Shown here one piece after another: positions 37,281-52,200 of a DNA stretch of 64,000 nucleotides (the stretch's first letter is position 1; every line of letters begins with the position of its first letter). Both the position numbers and the translations under genes were made by a program. The notes under the pieces were generated by a model that did no database searches, was not told the DNA's origin, and saw nothing but the letters and a program-made list of their open reading frames with translations. Origin of the DNA: Phoronis australis (taxonomy: Eukaryota > Animalia > Phoronida); contig NMRA01000128.1 in assembly GCA_002633005.1 (NCBI GenBank), positions 170,651-234,650 on the forward strand, read 5' to 3'.

Positions 37281-40200
37281 ATGGCGGCGAACATGTATCG
37301 AGTTGGAGGTAAGAGTTTGTACAATGGATTTCGGCATGGTTGAGGGTTAATTTAGATCGCGCTGCCACACCGCGGCGGAATATTTTTTAAAACCAATTTG
37401 AGCCACATTTAAGAAACTTGACATACCAGCTCTGTGATTTCAAGCCAGATTTATTTTCGATTGTCATTTCAAGCTTGGGCTGTATGATTTTGACCAAGAC
37501 ACTGCTCCTGGTTTCTAAAATATTTGAATGGAATCCAAAGGATCTTCGGTGGATGTGATGCGGTTTGCCGGTGTCCTCACGGGGTGCCAAACTTAAAATA
37601 CGGATTGATTCAAATAATTGGAAATAACGTTTTAGAATAAGATGTCAGAACGTTCTTTACATTGCAAATGATAGAATGCTGGGCGTGTTTGAGTAATATT
37701 TTGTTTTTAATTATGATCATAGGACAAACAATTCTTGGAACTACTTTTGTAATACTAGAAACACACAATGCCAATGGTCAAAACTCTTTCATCTTTTTAC
37801 CAGATTATGTGTACTTTGAAACTTCGTCGTCGTCGCCATATCTCATAAGGAGAATTGAAGAACTGAATAAGGTATGTCTACATAGAAATACCAGTTGGTA
37901 ATTTTGTTTCGTCATTTTGGTATATTCATTTGCTTGTGAAACTTGTTCAACTTAAGGCCATTGTTGTCACTAAAGACACTAAAGATGCATAATTAAGTTG
38001 GCAGATTCTAAGTGATTTTTGAAATGTTTTTTCAGACCCCTAATGGAAATGTTGAAGCTAAAGTTATGTGTTTTTATCGTCGACGAGATGTTCCAAGTTC
38101 ACTGATGATGCTTGCCGATAAACACCATGGTAAGTAATAATATTTTGTTATAATTATTAATTGTGTATAAAATGTTTGTGGTGTCTTCTCCCAAAACTTT
38201 GTGAAGTTGTTAAATATGACCCTCTGATACAGAGTTAGCATGTATTGTTGTTATATCACAAATTTAACTACTCATTATGTTGATGGTGTCTTATGTTGAA
38301 TTAACTTGACCACATGGTTTGTTCGAAGCTTCTTCGTTTTATCCATATTGCAGGGCCTTTTATACCTGTTGCCAGGGTAAAACTGCTGTACATTTGTGGA
38401 TCAGAGTTTCAGTCTCACTAGTTTATTTCAACAATGAAGTATTATCAGTTATTTTTTCCAAGCCAAAGTGCTGGGAGTAGAAGTGGGTGTGCGCTATTCA
38501 TTACTTGGTTAAATGAAATTTCTCTAAGAAGCTTACTTGTTATTTGGTTGACTTCTCGTTGACATCATAAAAAGAACAATTTAAGTATGGTAAATCCCTT
38601 TCCAGCCGTTAAGTCTTTCGTACGAGTCCTGTGGTTTAAACTCCGTTTTTGTACCTATCATATACAGTTTGTAACTGAAGTAATTTCTCTTGAACTGAAG
38701 ATAGTTGTATTGTAAAATAAAAGAAGCCAACCTTTCAGTATCTCATATCTGTTCTTGAAATTGGCATACATTTTTGAGTAATGCACTCATAAACTATTTA
38801 TTTACCAACTTAATTGTTCTTATGAGAAAGTACTAGGTGTGCCAATTGCATGCTTCTGTAAATAATTTTAGCATCACTTATGAACATGTCCTTTAATGTT
38901 CTGTCATTACTTTAAAATTTAAATCACTTCAGTGTAGTGTGCCAAATTTTGAATATGAATTTATTGTGTTGCTCTTGATAGCCTGTTTGATTTCTGGATA
39001 CACGTTGAGATATTGTGTCTAATGTATTCTGTTGACCAGTATGTCTGGAAACTATTTTTCCTCGTGGCTGAATACATATGCATGAGGAGTTGTGATGTGA
39101 TTCACTACATGGGAACTATTTTCTGTGGAGTGTTACATTTGAGTGATATGTCACCAGACTACTTTTCTCTGGAGGGTAGGAATACAAGATAGAGAAAAGA
39201 TTGTTATGTGTCCAATACTACTTTTTCACATGTATTAACACGGGCAGTAATCAGGTCTTGTTGTTAGAGATCACATTCAGTTGAGATCAGAGTTATAGAT
39301 TAACTGTGTTATTTTAGTGCATAGAAAGAGAGTGTGTACTCATGGGATGTTTTACTCTGGAATTCTCTTTATGCAATTCTTTCCATTTACTTCTGCACCT
39401 TTGGGTAATGAATTTGATGACTTTGTGCATCAATAACAAGACTGAAATTCCATGTCTTATTTTACCATGAAACTCATTTTAAAACCTGCTTAATTAAAAT
39501 AACCATGCAATAGTAAAAAATGTTAGTGTTGTGATATGGTGTGGAGTTGTGTTAGTGACAAGGTTTGTATGGCTTGGACTACCTGCTAGTCTCTGGATAA
39601 GATTTGAGAAGTGGGCTCAAAATGTAGAAGTTGCCTTGTCGGTTAATCAGTATTTATCCTGAGACTGACATAAGGGGCATATGCAGGTGTGATTAGTATT
39701 GTTTGAAAGACAATTAAAGATTGTATTTGTTAAATAACCAGACATGTTCACGTAACTGTCAGGTATGACATGATGTAAACATTCTGTGCTTGTAGGAGGT
39801 TAGTTTTGTGTGATTGTTGGCACTTAATACAAGAACAAATCGATATGAATTCTGTGTCAAATTTAATGAAATGGGAATCATCCATATTCTAGTTACAGAG
39901 TGATGTAGTTTTGGTTGAAAGCATCCTGTGTGTTTTGAAAATACAGTTCTGGAGATATTATGTACATGGGCCTGAAAACTCTGGTCGCCATCTGAAGTTC
40001 CTTAGCCCTTAGTTAGGTTGCGCTATCTTTTTAAACAGTGTTAAATATAACATGCTTTTCAGTACCCATAAGTTCTGTTTTGCGTTGGCACTGCTGACAT
40101 AGTAGCTGTCAAATTTGAATAAAATTCAGTAATTTGTTTATTGAGCAGATATAGCCAGCTATTCAGCTAGTCCTTTAAAAGTGAAAATTCATAAACTACC

Positions 40201-43200
40201 AGGAAAATGTACTTTTTACGTGCTGAGAGAGCTTTTGCAACATTACATCCTGAGTTCATTCTAAGACCTGTCAAGGTCTCTGGATCTGTGACTGACCAAA
40301 GGCGGACGTGGTATATATGCCAATAATCTTTGATCTATAATATGTGATGTGGTGGGGAAATGTCGCGCACCCTTCACTCCAACACTGATGCTGTGGCGTC
40401 ATTCTGATAGAGAGGAGTGAGCCATATCAATTCCATATCAGTTCTTTTAAATTAGGACATAAGACAAGATAAATATTTTATCGTCCTCCCTTGCTCATAG
40501 AAAATATGCAATGCCGATTCTGCTGGCTTTAAAACTTTCTGTCGGCAATTCAAAAAAAGCATTTGTAGCATGGGAAGTATTTACAGAGAATACTGAAACC
40601 CCCACATAAAAAATTAAAATGTTTTAGTGATAATTAAGTTAATTACGCATTGCATATTTAGTTGACAATTGCGAGTGATTGTTAAAATAGTGAACATGGT
40701 TACGGCATGTTTAGGTTATATTGACCAAAAACAGGTTTTGACCGAAAATAAAGTGATAACCTTCAGTCTTCAGATTTTGAAGACTTGCGGCAGTTTCCGC
40801 TTTTACTCGGCTTCGGCAAATTGACTTACTTTGAACTTAGGAACACGAGTTATTGAAAACAGCTTGGTAAATTTCATACAAACAAGTTCATCGTTTAGAG
40901 GATCTGGATCGCCTCTTTTAGTTTAGGATTTATTTTCTACGTTATTCACAGAAACTTTCCAATTTTAATATTTATTCACCAATCTCAAAAAATGCTGTTA
41001 GTATTTTCCTGCGGCATTCAGGGCGATGTAATTGCCTACTTAAAAAAGGTCATCTTTGTGTTATCTGATCAGAGTGAGAGGTGATAGCTGGGTACATTAG
41101 GGCACAGTAGAGAAACAGTTGTATGCATGCATTTTTACAGGTAGGAACACCGTTTCACTGTCGCCACCAAGTGAATTTCTCATTGTTCACTGTAGGCCTG
41201 TCATCTAGGCTGCGGCCATGCAGAAACTAAAATATCACTAGTGAAGTCTAAGTGAGAGTATTATATGGTGCTGTCAACAGGGGGTCAAATGCAAAATTGC
41301 GGAGGACTGGGGGTGAGGATGAAGTCAGTGTTGACAAGAGAGAGCGCTTTTTTGTAGTGAACTTCAACGGTGCTTGGCTACACCAATGGGCATACTGGCT
41401 TCTTAAAAAAGGCTCACTTTGTTGACAGTCCAGAGTAATACCTGTGCTAATCAAGTGTGGGTCTAATTTGGCGGGTACTTACATTTTGCAACCTCAGATT
41501 ACTGGGGTTATCTCAGCTACAAACTCTCTTGCCAGACGCAACTTCAAATTTTAACTGGTCGATTTTCCACTGCTTGCTATGACAAACTAGGTGATACTTT
41601 TGTACGTTTTCCTCAGATTTAGGCACCAAAACTTAGCTTTTTACATTCTCTTTGTTAGGTTAGGTCACAAGGGTCAATGTGTGATCAAATAATGACATTA
41701 TATCATGCCCAATCAGAATCAGGAAATCTGATATTATTTAATCATAGCTTCATATCTTAAACAAGTACCCTTATTTGGAATATGTTAGACAAGTTCTTGA
41801 TCTCTGCAGTGAGCAAGAAATGTAATGAAATTCCATAGAGGCAGTATTCTAAAATAGTTATCTGACCACTTCCTATTTGGAAACCTTCTGGATAGATGAA
41901 TCTGTAGACTTGAGAATTTTTGTGGACTTCTAGAATTGTAAATGATATTTTAAATAATGGAAACATCTAAAGAGAATCCCCTTACAAATCATGTACCATG
42001 AAAATTTTCAGACAAAATTCAGTGCCCCAAATCCCAAAGGGACTACCATCTTACTTGAGGAGTTTTTGCCATTACCTATTGTAGGTCTGACACCAACTTT
42101 CTAGTGGTCTATTTGCTAAGGCAGTAGAAGACACTGAGGCTAATTTGTTGCCATCCCAAATTTCCGTTGTGTTTGTCTTCTAATTAGACCACTTTCTTGA
42201 ACATGTGCCAACTGGATCTTGACTCAATATTCAAATTGCATTGGATACAACATTGTTGTGCAGCCACAAAAATTTTGTGGTCACATATATAAGGTAGTCA
42301 GCTTCCTGTCAGCATGTCTGTTCATCACCTTTGCTTGTCCATTTGAATTTTTCAATTGTAACCTGCTCATTTATTATGTTGTTTTTGCAATGCACATTTG
42401 GTGTCACCACTTGTTTTTGCTCGGTGCTCTTTTGTTGTTTTGATTGAAACATTTCCACTGCCTTGCTGTTCCTTACCTCCCACCTGTACTTTATTGTCAA
42501 TTCCTTCAACTGTAATTCCAGGTCTTCCCAATTAAAGCACTTTTAAGTTCTTTCCAAAAAATCTTTGTGTCATAAAAACAATGTATTTTTATTTCTCAAG
42601 ACACCTTGTTCCGTAATGCTATAACTAGTATAATTATAAGGTGGATACAAGTGAACAAAGGGATTATATCACATTAATGTGAAATCTGATTTGCATGACG
42701 GTCTTAGTGTAACAACTAGGACAACCCCACCAGGGAAGTTTGTCCAAGTTCAGTGAAGATCCAACCGCTGTGTGCAACTGACCTATATGGGAATTTTACA
42801 GCACGGTCACAACAATGGCAACAGAACTTCTTAATGTTGTTTTAGCTGTGTGTTTATCAGCTACCAAGGTATTATGCTCAGTGAGGTTTCACATGGTAAT
42901 AGTAGTAAGACTTTACGATTTTTTTAATGAATGTGTATTGAAGTCTCACTTTGTGATATTTTGTTTCAGTCCAATTAGAGGAAGAGCGAGAAACCAACGA
43001 GGAACTGTCGGAGAATCAACAGCACCAATTAAAACATCGAGAGCTCTTCCTGTCACGCTCAGTTGAGACTTTACCTGCCACACATATCCGCGGCAAGTGC
43101 TCGGTAACGCTACTTAATGAGACAGAGTCCTTACTATCCTACCTGAATAAGGAGGTAAGTGTTGTTGCTAATAGACTCGTATGGTTTGTGAAATGAGCTT

Positions 43201-46200
43201 CAAGAATGGAGCGTACCAAAGTTAAGGAGATAATTTTTGTGCATGATTGATTTGAATTTTTATGTGTTCGGTATATTGGAGTCGCCCTTTACTAATTACA
43301 GTGCAAATCGGGAATGGCATGAAGAGATGCTTATATGTTGTCGCTTTCGCTGTTATGGTCAGTTTGAAAACTTAAATCCCTTACTTAAACTATCGTCATA
43401 ACTCTTCACAGTTGCAACATTTCCCTTCAGTGGGAAACTTTAAATCTTCAAGTAATGGAATAATGGTTAAAAGGCCTCAACGTGCAATACATGTATTTAA
43501 TTGATATTGCAAATCAACTCCATTCGTATGTGAAAATCAGAAATCTAGTGATAGCTTAGATCTCAGACTTAACTGCCATCTCATCTTGTGAGATTAATGG
43601 AGTAAACTGCAACATTCCTTAGCTATGTGAAAGGTTAAATCGTCTCTTGGAGTCTGTAATGGTTAGAGGTATCAAGGTGCAATACACATATTCAATCAAT
43701 ATTGCAAATCAACTACTTCATCTAGAGGTGTTAAACCCAAAAGATCTAGTGATAACTCTAATGGCATTGTCCAGTGGGTAGTTTGCTGAGACTGGTTAAT
43801 CCAGCTGTGATGTAGTTTCAATTGACCAGTTTCTTTAATGGCAACATGACTTTGAAGTAGGTTTTCAGTATTCAAAATGTGCACTCCCTAGCGTAAACGA
43901 TTTGTTCCTAGTTTACGACTTTGGAAAATTTTATGTTGGCGGTCTTTCTGCTGAATTCTTTGAGCAACGCCCTTAACTGATAAGTTATGCATACGAAATT
44001 TACTATTCTTATTTATTTTTTCATTTTTATTGATCCTATTCGTGCTTTTCGTTTTTGTATAGTTCTTTCTGACTACACTGTTCTGGTTGTATGTAGACAT
44101 ATGCTGCAGGATTTTGATTTTTGGGAGTGACATGGTTGTTATAAGACCAGACCGTGGTGATGTGTTTATAAAACACTTTACAATCTCACAAATTTACAAT
44201 ATGCAGTCAAGTGTTGTTTTCATTGTTTTCAAGGTAGTTAGAACCAAATATAAATATAACAATTTTAAGCTCTTAACCATAGGTACCATTGGGCAATATT
44301 TTTTTGAAAAATAGTAGCTATTCTTAACAATGTTAGCACCTTTGAAAACTGAACAAATACCGAGTTTAGCAATTATTTTTCTCATAACAGAGATTTTATG
44401 GGATTTCGTTTTGTCTTACCAGGATGTGTTTATTTGTTTTCAGGACACATTTTTCTACTCTCTTGTATACGATCCTCAACAAAGGACGTTGCTGGCAGAC
44501 AAGGGTGAAATTCGTGTAGGAGGGCGCTATCAAGCGGAACCAACTCAGATATTAGAAGAAGGTATAAAATTGTCAAAGAAACTTGTTTGCCAACCTACCA
44601 TATAGAATTAAAACTGTCTGGAAATTGATTTGATTTGCAATGTTCAAGTTCATCGTCATTACGTTGTATGGGATGGTTAACTAACAACTGTGGCACCAGG
44701 TGACAACAATGCTGTTCGTTCTCGTGATGGACAACCTCTTTGTAGTGTAAGGGCTTTAACAAGATAACTGTTTTACCTCAGACATTTCTCTCTATTCACT
44801 TGTTCTCCATGCCCTTCTGCCATCAGGTGTCCAGGATAAAAATAAAAGTTTTCTTGCAGATGAGAGTGACGATCGAGACTTGGACGAGCTAGAGGAGCTG
44901 GTCTGGAACCCAGACAGTGGTCTAGCTGATAAAGAAGTTGACCAGTTTATGGTGGTGGCGCGCTCTGTTGGCACATTTGCTCGTGCCTTGGACTGTACTA
45001 GCACAGTGCGTCAACCCAGCCTACATATGAGTGCAGCTGCAGCTTCTAGGGACGTGACTCTGGTACGTGGCGCATATGTTTTCATTTCCTTGTTAATGAG
45101 TGACTATTCTAGCAGCATATTGTGGAAACAAAACTAGGTAGCCTGTTGAATGTGGTGGCTTTGTATTCATTTTCAAGATAATTAGAAACTTTAGAGTTTG
45201 GCTTGGAAAATGTTGGCTCGAAGCGTTGAGGGGGTGTTTTGGCAGTTTAGTAACCTTGTAGCAAACGCTTGTTTAAAATATCAGCACACCTTCAGGAATC
45301 ATTTTTGGCATTATATCTAGTATCTTACTTACTTGTTAGCAGTCATTCACATGTAAGACAAAGCTTAGAGGTGTATGCCACACATTTGTGATTTCGCACA
45401 CTTCTTGTGCTCTTCTGATGCTGCCTTTGTGCTGTTGTGCAGTACATCGACATTTCTATTCATGACTAGTCACACCTGTAGTTTGTATATAATATATTGA
45501 TTATCATGACTGGTTGTCATTCTAGTTTCATGCCATGGACACACTGCACAACCACGACTACGACATCTCCAGGGCCATCTCTAGCCTAGTGCCTCCTGGT
45601 GGTCCCGTTCTGTGTCGCGATGAGATGGAGGAGTGGTCGGCATCTGAGGCCAACCTGTTTGAAGAGGCACTTGACAAGTACGGCAAGGATTTCAATGACA
45701 TCAGGCAGGATTTCGTAAGTATTGGCTTGTTTCATGTATTTATGTACAATCGTGTCTATATGAAAAGATTTATGTCATCTATCGTGAACTATAGACTGGT
45801 GCTATGACGTAGTTTTTCAGGATCTGTTGTCGTGCACGATTTGGTGCATAAGGTATACAACATGTCTGATTTTGCTACCTCTAATTACAACTTTTTGAGG
45901 TTACTGCCGAATCACGTGCTTTGTTTTTGACATGTGACTGAGTATAATACTGTTAATGCGTCAACCTACTAAGGTGGACCCTGGTAGTTCCCATTCAGCA
46001 AAAGCACACTTTTGACGTAGCAGGCGTTCTATACGACATTATAGCTAGTAGACTATGTACATCTGGTTTGATCGTACCACATAAACAACTTTGAAATTGC
46101 TGGCTTAATGTAACTGTAGGATTTCTTGTGTTTAATGATCAGTTGTACTGTACCTTGTTATACCCGTGGTTGTGCAAAAACTCCAGCAGTTTAATTCACT

Positions 46201-49200
46201 CCCTTTTGCTGGCTGAGGACGGCAACGTTACATTTTTACCTAAATACTTTTCAAACAGTTTTCCTTCTTTCTGAAATGGTTTTATTTATCAACAGTTGCC
46301 TTGGAAAACATTAAAGAGCATTGTTGAGTACTACTACATGTGGAAGACTACAGACCGCTATGTGCAGCAGAAACGTATTAAAGCAGCTGAGGCAGAGAGC
46401 AAGTTGAAGCAGGTTTACATTCCTAACTAGTAAGTGTTGTCTGCTGGTGCTGTAGCTTCAATAGGCAAACAGGCTTTTAAGCTGTCTTTATTGAGTAATA
46501 ATATGTAAATGGGTTTACATTTGTCTGCATTACAGAGGCACTGGATACCTTTTGTGAGAAATGTCTTGAATTATACTAAAGGTGTATTGATGGGGACTAA
46601 ACTGTTCTTTTCACTTCAGCAACAAGCCCAACCCTGCTGCCATAAGCAATAAAGTGATTCATGAGATGCCTGCCAGAGCTTGTGAGAGTTGTTTCTGTAA
46701 GTGCTAGTTGCCTTTATAACTTGTTCTCTGTTTTAAATGTTGTAACTCAGTTTAGATATTCATATGTTGAACGTTGTACCAACTGTATCCGATTTATCAT
46801 CAGGGCCCGGTCTCCAATGTTTTTACTCGAAATGGAACTCGAAATTAGGTTTGGCATTTTCTACTCAACTTTTGGGCGAACTCAAGGTAAGTGTCTATTA
46901 TTCTATGCTCGAGTACACAATAACTTACGTAGATAATTTATTGCCCTTAGTTCACAGTTTGTAAACCCAATATTAAAGCAATAAGTTCGAGTTTGAACTC
47001 GAAATTTCGAGTTTTTACTCGAGTTTGTAGCACGAATATAAGGGTCTTCAAGGGCAAACTTGAACTAGAAACTCCTATGCATAAACTATAATGTATTCGA
47101 GCACAGTCTGATAACCAATTATCTTAAGTTCGCACAAAAGGAGCAGAGAAATTGCCAAAAATAGTTTCGAGTTCGTTTCGAGTACAAAGATTAGAGACCG
47201 GGCCCNCGACTTCTGTCTGGGTTGGTGCTGTTTTTGATATTTAACCGTCTTGCTAATACTTAACCATATGGTAAGGTAGTCTGAAGGATATTTGTCGACA
47301 AAAGTTAAGTGCTTTGATTGCTTGAAACTTAGAGATCACCTCGCATTGAATGATAATATCTTGAATGGAAATGTCTTGAATTATACTAAAGGTGTATTGA
47401 TTGGGACTAAACTGTTCTTTTCACTTCAGCAACAAGCCCAACCCTGCTGCCATAAGCAATAAAGTGATTCATGAGATGCCTGCCAGAGCTTGTGAGAGTT
47501 GTTTCTGTAAGTACTAGTTGCCTTTATAACTTGTTCTCTGTTTTAAATGTTGTAACTCAGTTTAGATATTCATATGTTGAACGTTGTACCAACTGTATCC
47601 GATTTATCATCAGGGCCCGGTCTCCAATCTTTTTACTCGAAATGGAACTCGAAATTAGGTTTGGCATTTTCTACTCAACTTTTGGGCGAACTCAAGGTAA
47701 GTGTCTATTATTCTACGCTCGAGTACACAACAACTTACGTAGATAATTTATTGCCCTTAGTTCACAGTTTGTAAACCCAATATTAAAGCAATAAGTTCGG
47801 GTTTGAACTCGAAATTTCGAGTTTTTACTCGAGTTTGTAGCACGAATATAAGGGTCTTCAAGGGCAAACTTGAACTTGAAACTCCTATGCATAAACTATA
47901 ATGTATTCGAGCACAGTCTGATAACCAATTATCTTAAGAGAAATTGTCAAAAACAGTTTCGAGTTCGTTTCGAGTACAAAGATTAGAGACCGGGCCCAGG
48001 TCACAGTGTGGTAGTGTGTCTAGAACCCCTTTCACACGCAATACTGCCTGTAACATCTAACACGTTGGTATTTAAGTCATGGCCACTTCTTGGTGATCTG
48101 CTTTGGTCCTGTACACGTTTAGTGTAGTCTATAACACCTAATGCCACTTTTCACATTCAGTATGGTCTATAATGATTACATTTAATGTCTGTGTATTTTC
48201 AGCCTCGGACACCCCTCAGTGGTATGCTTGGGGCCCTGTTCACATGCAGTGCAGGCTATGCGCTTCCTGTTGGGGTTACTGGAAAAAGCAGGGCGGTCTC
48301 AAAATGCCTACTAGGTTAGGTAGGTTGCGTGAGTTGCGACCCGACGTCAGTTGTTTTGGTGAATAGTAATACTCCTGTGTACTTTTTGTGAAACATTCAC
48401 ACTTTTTATAGAAATTTAATATGTTGCATGCAGGTATGCATTGATTGTAAAAATACTCTTATCAAAACAACTTGGGTGACCCGTTAGTTGATAACTAATG
48501 TTCCATTCACACAAAAATTAGAAAATCACGAGGCCACTTCTAACAATATTCACTCCCATATAATCTAAAGTGTTAGAAATGTCTTCTGTGGTTGATGAAT
48601 TACTCACTCCATTCGCTTCGGCTGTTTCTCCCGCAAACTCCATAGTGTTTATGTCATGATAAACTTTTTCATGCCATCATTTCTCAGAAATCATACTGAC
48701 TATTTTCTTCATGCTGTCGTCATCGAGGAAATGTGCTTCATACTTTTGAATGCGGTCATTGGGCTTTGAAAGACGAAGAATGACTTTGACTTCATTCCCA
48801 TTAAGCTTTCAATCCCTGTCTGAAGGGTTTGCGGCACAAAACGGTCATGTCAGCCAATTATTGGAAACACCAGCCAGTCTTTGATATAAAAAATCTATCC
48901 GACCATGCTAGAAAAAGCTAGTTTTAAGTGCCATATTTCCGCTAAAACCGGCAAATGTATTGTTGTGAAAAATCTGCAAATCTGGTTAGGTGAAAACACT
49001 GAAGTAGTTAGGGAGGAACATGGGGAGGAAGATGGGTCTGTTATAGAAAGCTTCTTCCAGATGTTGTCACACAAACATTCTGCGTGTTTTGCTTGCACTT
49101 TACTATTTAGCAAGACTTAAATCCAGGCTATTCAAGCAGTGTAAGTTGTCTGTTCTATGTGGATTAAAAACTTATTTTTCATTTCTGTTGTCATTTTTAT

Positions 49201-52200
49201 GTAACTGATCTTTGTTTTTGTATTAAAACTATGGACTGTAATCTGCTTTCCTTCAAGTAAAGGCAGACATTTAAAATCTGTTTCCATTTTAGATGGAGAG
49301 CGACCTGGACCAAACCAAAGAACTGGTAAGACTGCAAATATCTGTCCACGTTCGAATACTTATAGGAATTTTTTGTCAGAAATTACACTACATGTCAGTG
49401 AGAAGACATCTTGTCAATTTCCTTATAAACATCACATCAGACAGCTTTTTAGATTTGATTGAAATTTTTCTGATTGATTAATGTTTGCATGTCTTGAAGG
49501 TCAAGGTCATTTCCAAAGACTAATTGAACAAATAAGTCACAAAACGCCACGAACCTTTGGGAATGTGAAGGCGATTATACATTGTGGAACCCTACTGATT
49601 TCTGGTGAAATTGGCATGCGACCGTCTGATATTAATAAAAATGATTGAGGTTTCAACGTTGTGACGTCATTTTTGATCTCCTGACCTTTGCTTCAGAAGT
49701 AAACAACTTCAAGTCAATCATTACAGCTTTTAAAACAACTCAATTTTTAGACAGTGTTTGATAAGGACTGGGCCATAAAATGCAATTTTTAATTAGAATA
49801 GTGAGTAAATGAGAATTTATGCCACCAGTGCTTGAATATTCCAGTTTATTGAAAGTGCAATCTTCTTAGTAGGCCTGGTCAGTTCTGTTCAACCTCTTGA
49901 GTACAGAGTAGTCTGAAACGTTTTCATTGTAGTTGTGTTTGTTTCAGAACGTCTTCAGCAACAGAGCACTATGAGAACACACAAGTGTACTATCGCTGGC
50001 TGTGGAAAGGTATGGACATTAGCAACACTCCTGGGCTCAAGTTTGACACTGTCTTTGGCTAACATTCATTCTCATAAAGTAGCTTGCACTTACACTTAGA
50101 CAATGTTTTTTTATGTTAAACTGTAAAATTTTGTTTGTGATGAGTGGCATGTTTTAAATACATAATATAAACTTGTTGTGTTACGTTTGCAGTAGTAGTT
50201 TTTTCAAACAGAGGTCATTTTGTTCATGAAAAGTGTGTCTGTATCATGTCTTCAAAACCTTCCTTGAGTTGACTTTTTGTTATTTTGGTTATATTAATAA
50301 TACTAAAACAATATAAGAAAATAAGATTTAATCACTCATCAAGTGTAGGCTCCTCAAATGATATGTGAATTGAGCCTTTTTGTGGTATATTGCAGAGCGA
50401 GGAATGATGGAGGGAAGTTGTATTGTATAGGGGTCTGAATAGAACAACATAGTATAAGGCTTCTCTCAGTAAGCGTGACCGTTCATTAAATTTAGCACTT
50501 GTTGGCATCGGTGTGCTCAGGATGATGCTCAAAACTTGTATATGTGTGCTACCGTAAAGCATTGTTGCTAGATTATTTATCGTGTGCATTCAGGTTATGT
50601 TACCCATGTTAAGGTAAACACCAGTTCTTTGAATTTCAAGCAATTTCACTTTAAAACCACCTTCCTTCCAAATAAAGAACTTGATTCAGGGTGCTTGCCA
50701 TTCAAAATTTTGCCTTAACCAATGTTTTATTCCAATCAAGAGATGATTCCTGGTTTTGGGAAGAAGTGATTGTTGATTATTCCTTGAGATCAGACTGGAT
50801 AATCTAGCTTGTCACTGTTGGTCATTTTATTGTCCTGTCTGGCCTGGAGCTTTGCTCAACTGTAAGTTCTTCCCTAGTTTCATGGACCACCTAAGGCGGT
50901 TGTATAGCTGTCTTGAGCAGTGTTTCGTCGCATTCTGTTCAACTTCCATCCCTTGATATTTTAATTTCTCTGATTGAAACACCGTGGGTATTAAGCTGAA
51001 AGTGTACAGTGCGTTGTTCTATTGATGATTTTCTTTACAATAAATGGAGAGATTGACCAATTAGCAATCCCTCACGCAATTATGTATTCATGCTCTCTTC
51101 TTGCTAGGAATTCAAGCTGAAAACTCACCTTGCACGCCACCTGGCTACGGCGCACAACCTGACGATTCGCTCAGGCAGCCCTCGACCCATCATGAAGACT
51201 CGTGCTGCTTTCTGCCTCATCACAACTCCGCTGACGCGAATCTCACGAATTATTTGCAAAGACATACTTAAGCCAAAGAAAGCAGCCCGCAACCCCACCT
51301 CTCCAGTCAACATAGCAACCATTAAGCAAGAATGTAAATATTTCCTTCTATTTAGTATATTAGTCTTTATACAGGAGCACTTAAATGGGTTATGCATACT
51401 TTGGAAATAGACTACTTAATGGTAAAAAGTTTAATTTTTCTTGTACCTCACTGAGATTAAACATTGATAACTGACGAATCAGTGCTGAAGGCAGAATTGG
51501 TAAGGTGGAATTGATATGTCATCACATTGTGCACTGATAGCAGTGTGTCTTTCTGTGATGAATATAGTATGGTTCTATGATTAACCACAAGGTGGAGTAA
51601 CCAGGTGATTCTTTTTGAAAGCATGTAGAATTGGATTTTTGACTTGGCACCAGTCTGCCATTTATTGGGTGAAGTTACTATTTGTTTTTATTAAAATTTA
51701 GAGGAAAAGAAAGATATATTCTCTGACAGGAAATCAACAGTAAAATGAGTATGAAGAACATGGGTAAATTTCTTTTGATATTAATGTTCATGATAAAACT
51801 TCAAAAACACTGTTACAATGTTTTAAATTACTTTGTTTAGGTTTTTTATGCAGATGGCGAATTCTTCATGAATATCATAAAATTCCTATTTTTGATAGCC
51901 CCTTGTGCAAAAGTGGAATATGTCAAAAAACAATTCCCAGTTTTGAAGAACAGTGCATTAAGCATGGTATATGAAAGTTTTATATAAATCCAATCGGCCG
52001 TTTCTGAGATATGGTGTTCCAACGTTAGCCAAATTTGGAATTTTTGTGTAGACCCTCGTAATCTTGGAATATTATTTGTGAGCTAGATCACGAGTCTTTG
52101 AAAACTATCTGGTTGTTATTGTTGGGGTGTACAGACTGTGGCCAGAGACTGTATATTTCTGTTTTATTTCTGTTGAACAGGTCAGTCTCGTCTGCCTGGT

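Larger units (their letters stand above)
46558..47997 (+). repeat. Tandem segmental duplication (offset 810 bp) containing MTA exon 9 and a MITE
   Basis: 46558-47205 versus 47368-47997 are nearly identical, with a few SNPs and one 18-bp indel. An N sits at 47206. Confidence 0.92.

Noticed and set aside
36635-37337. 140-aa and 113-aa minus-strand ORFs upstream of MTA
   Set aside because: No recognisable domain, and they overlap the MTA promoter and first exon in antisense. Probably chance ORFs.
46661-47774. Duplicated 91-aa and 66-aa ORFs
   Set aside because: Out-of-frame readings of the duplicated exon, intron and MITE block.
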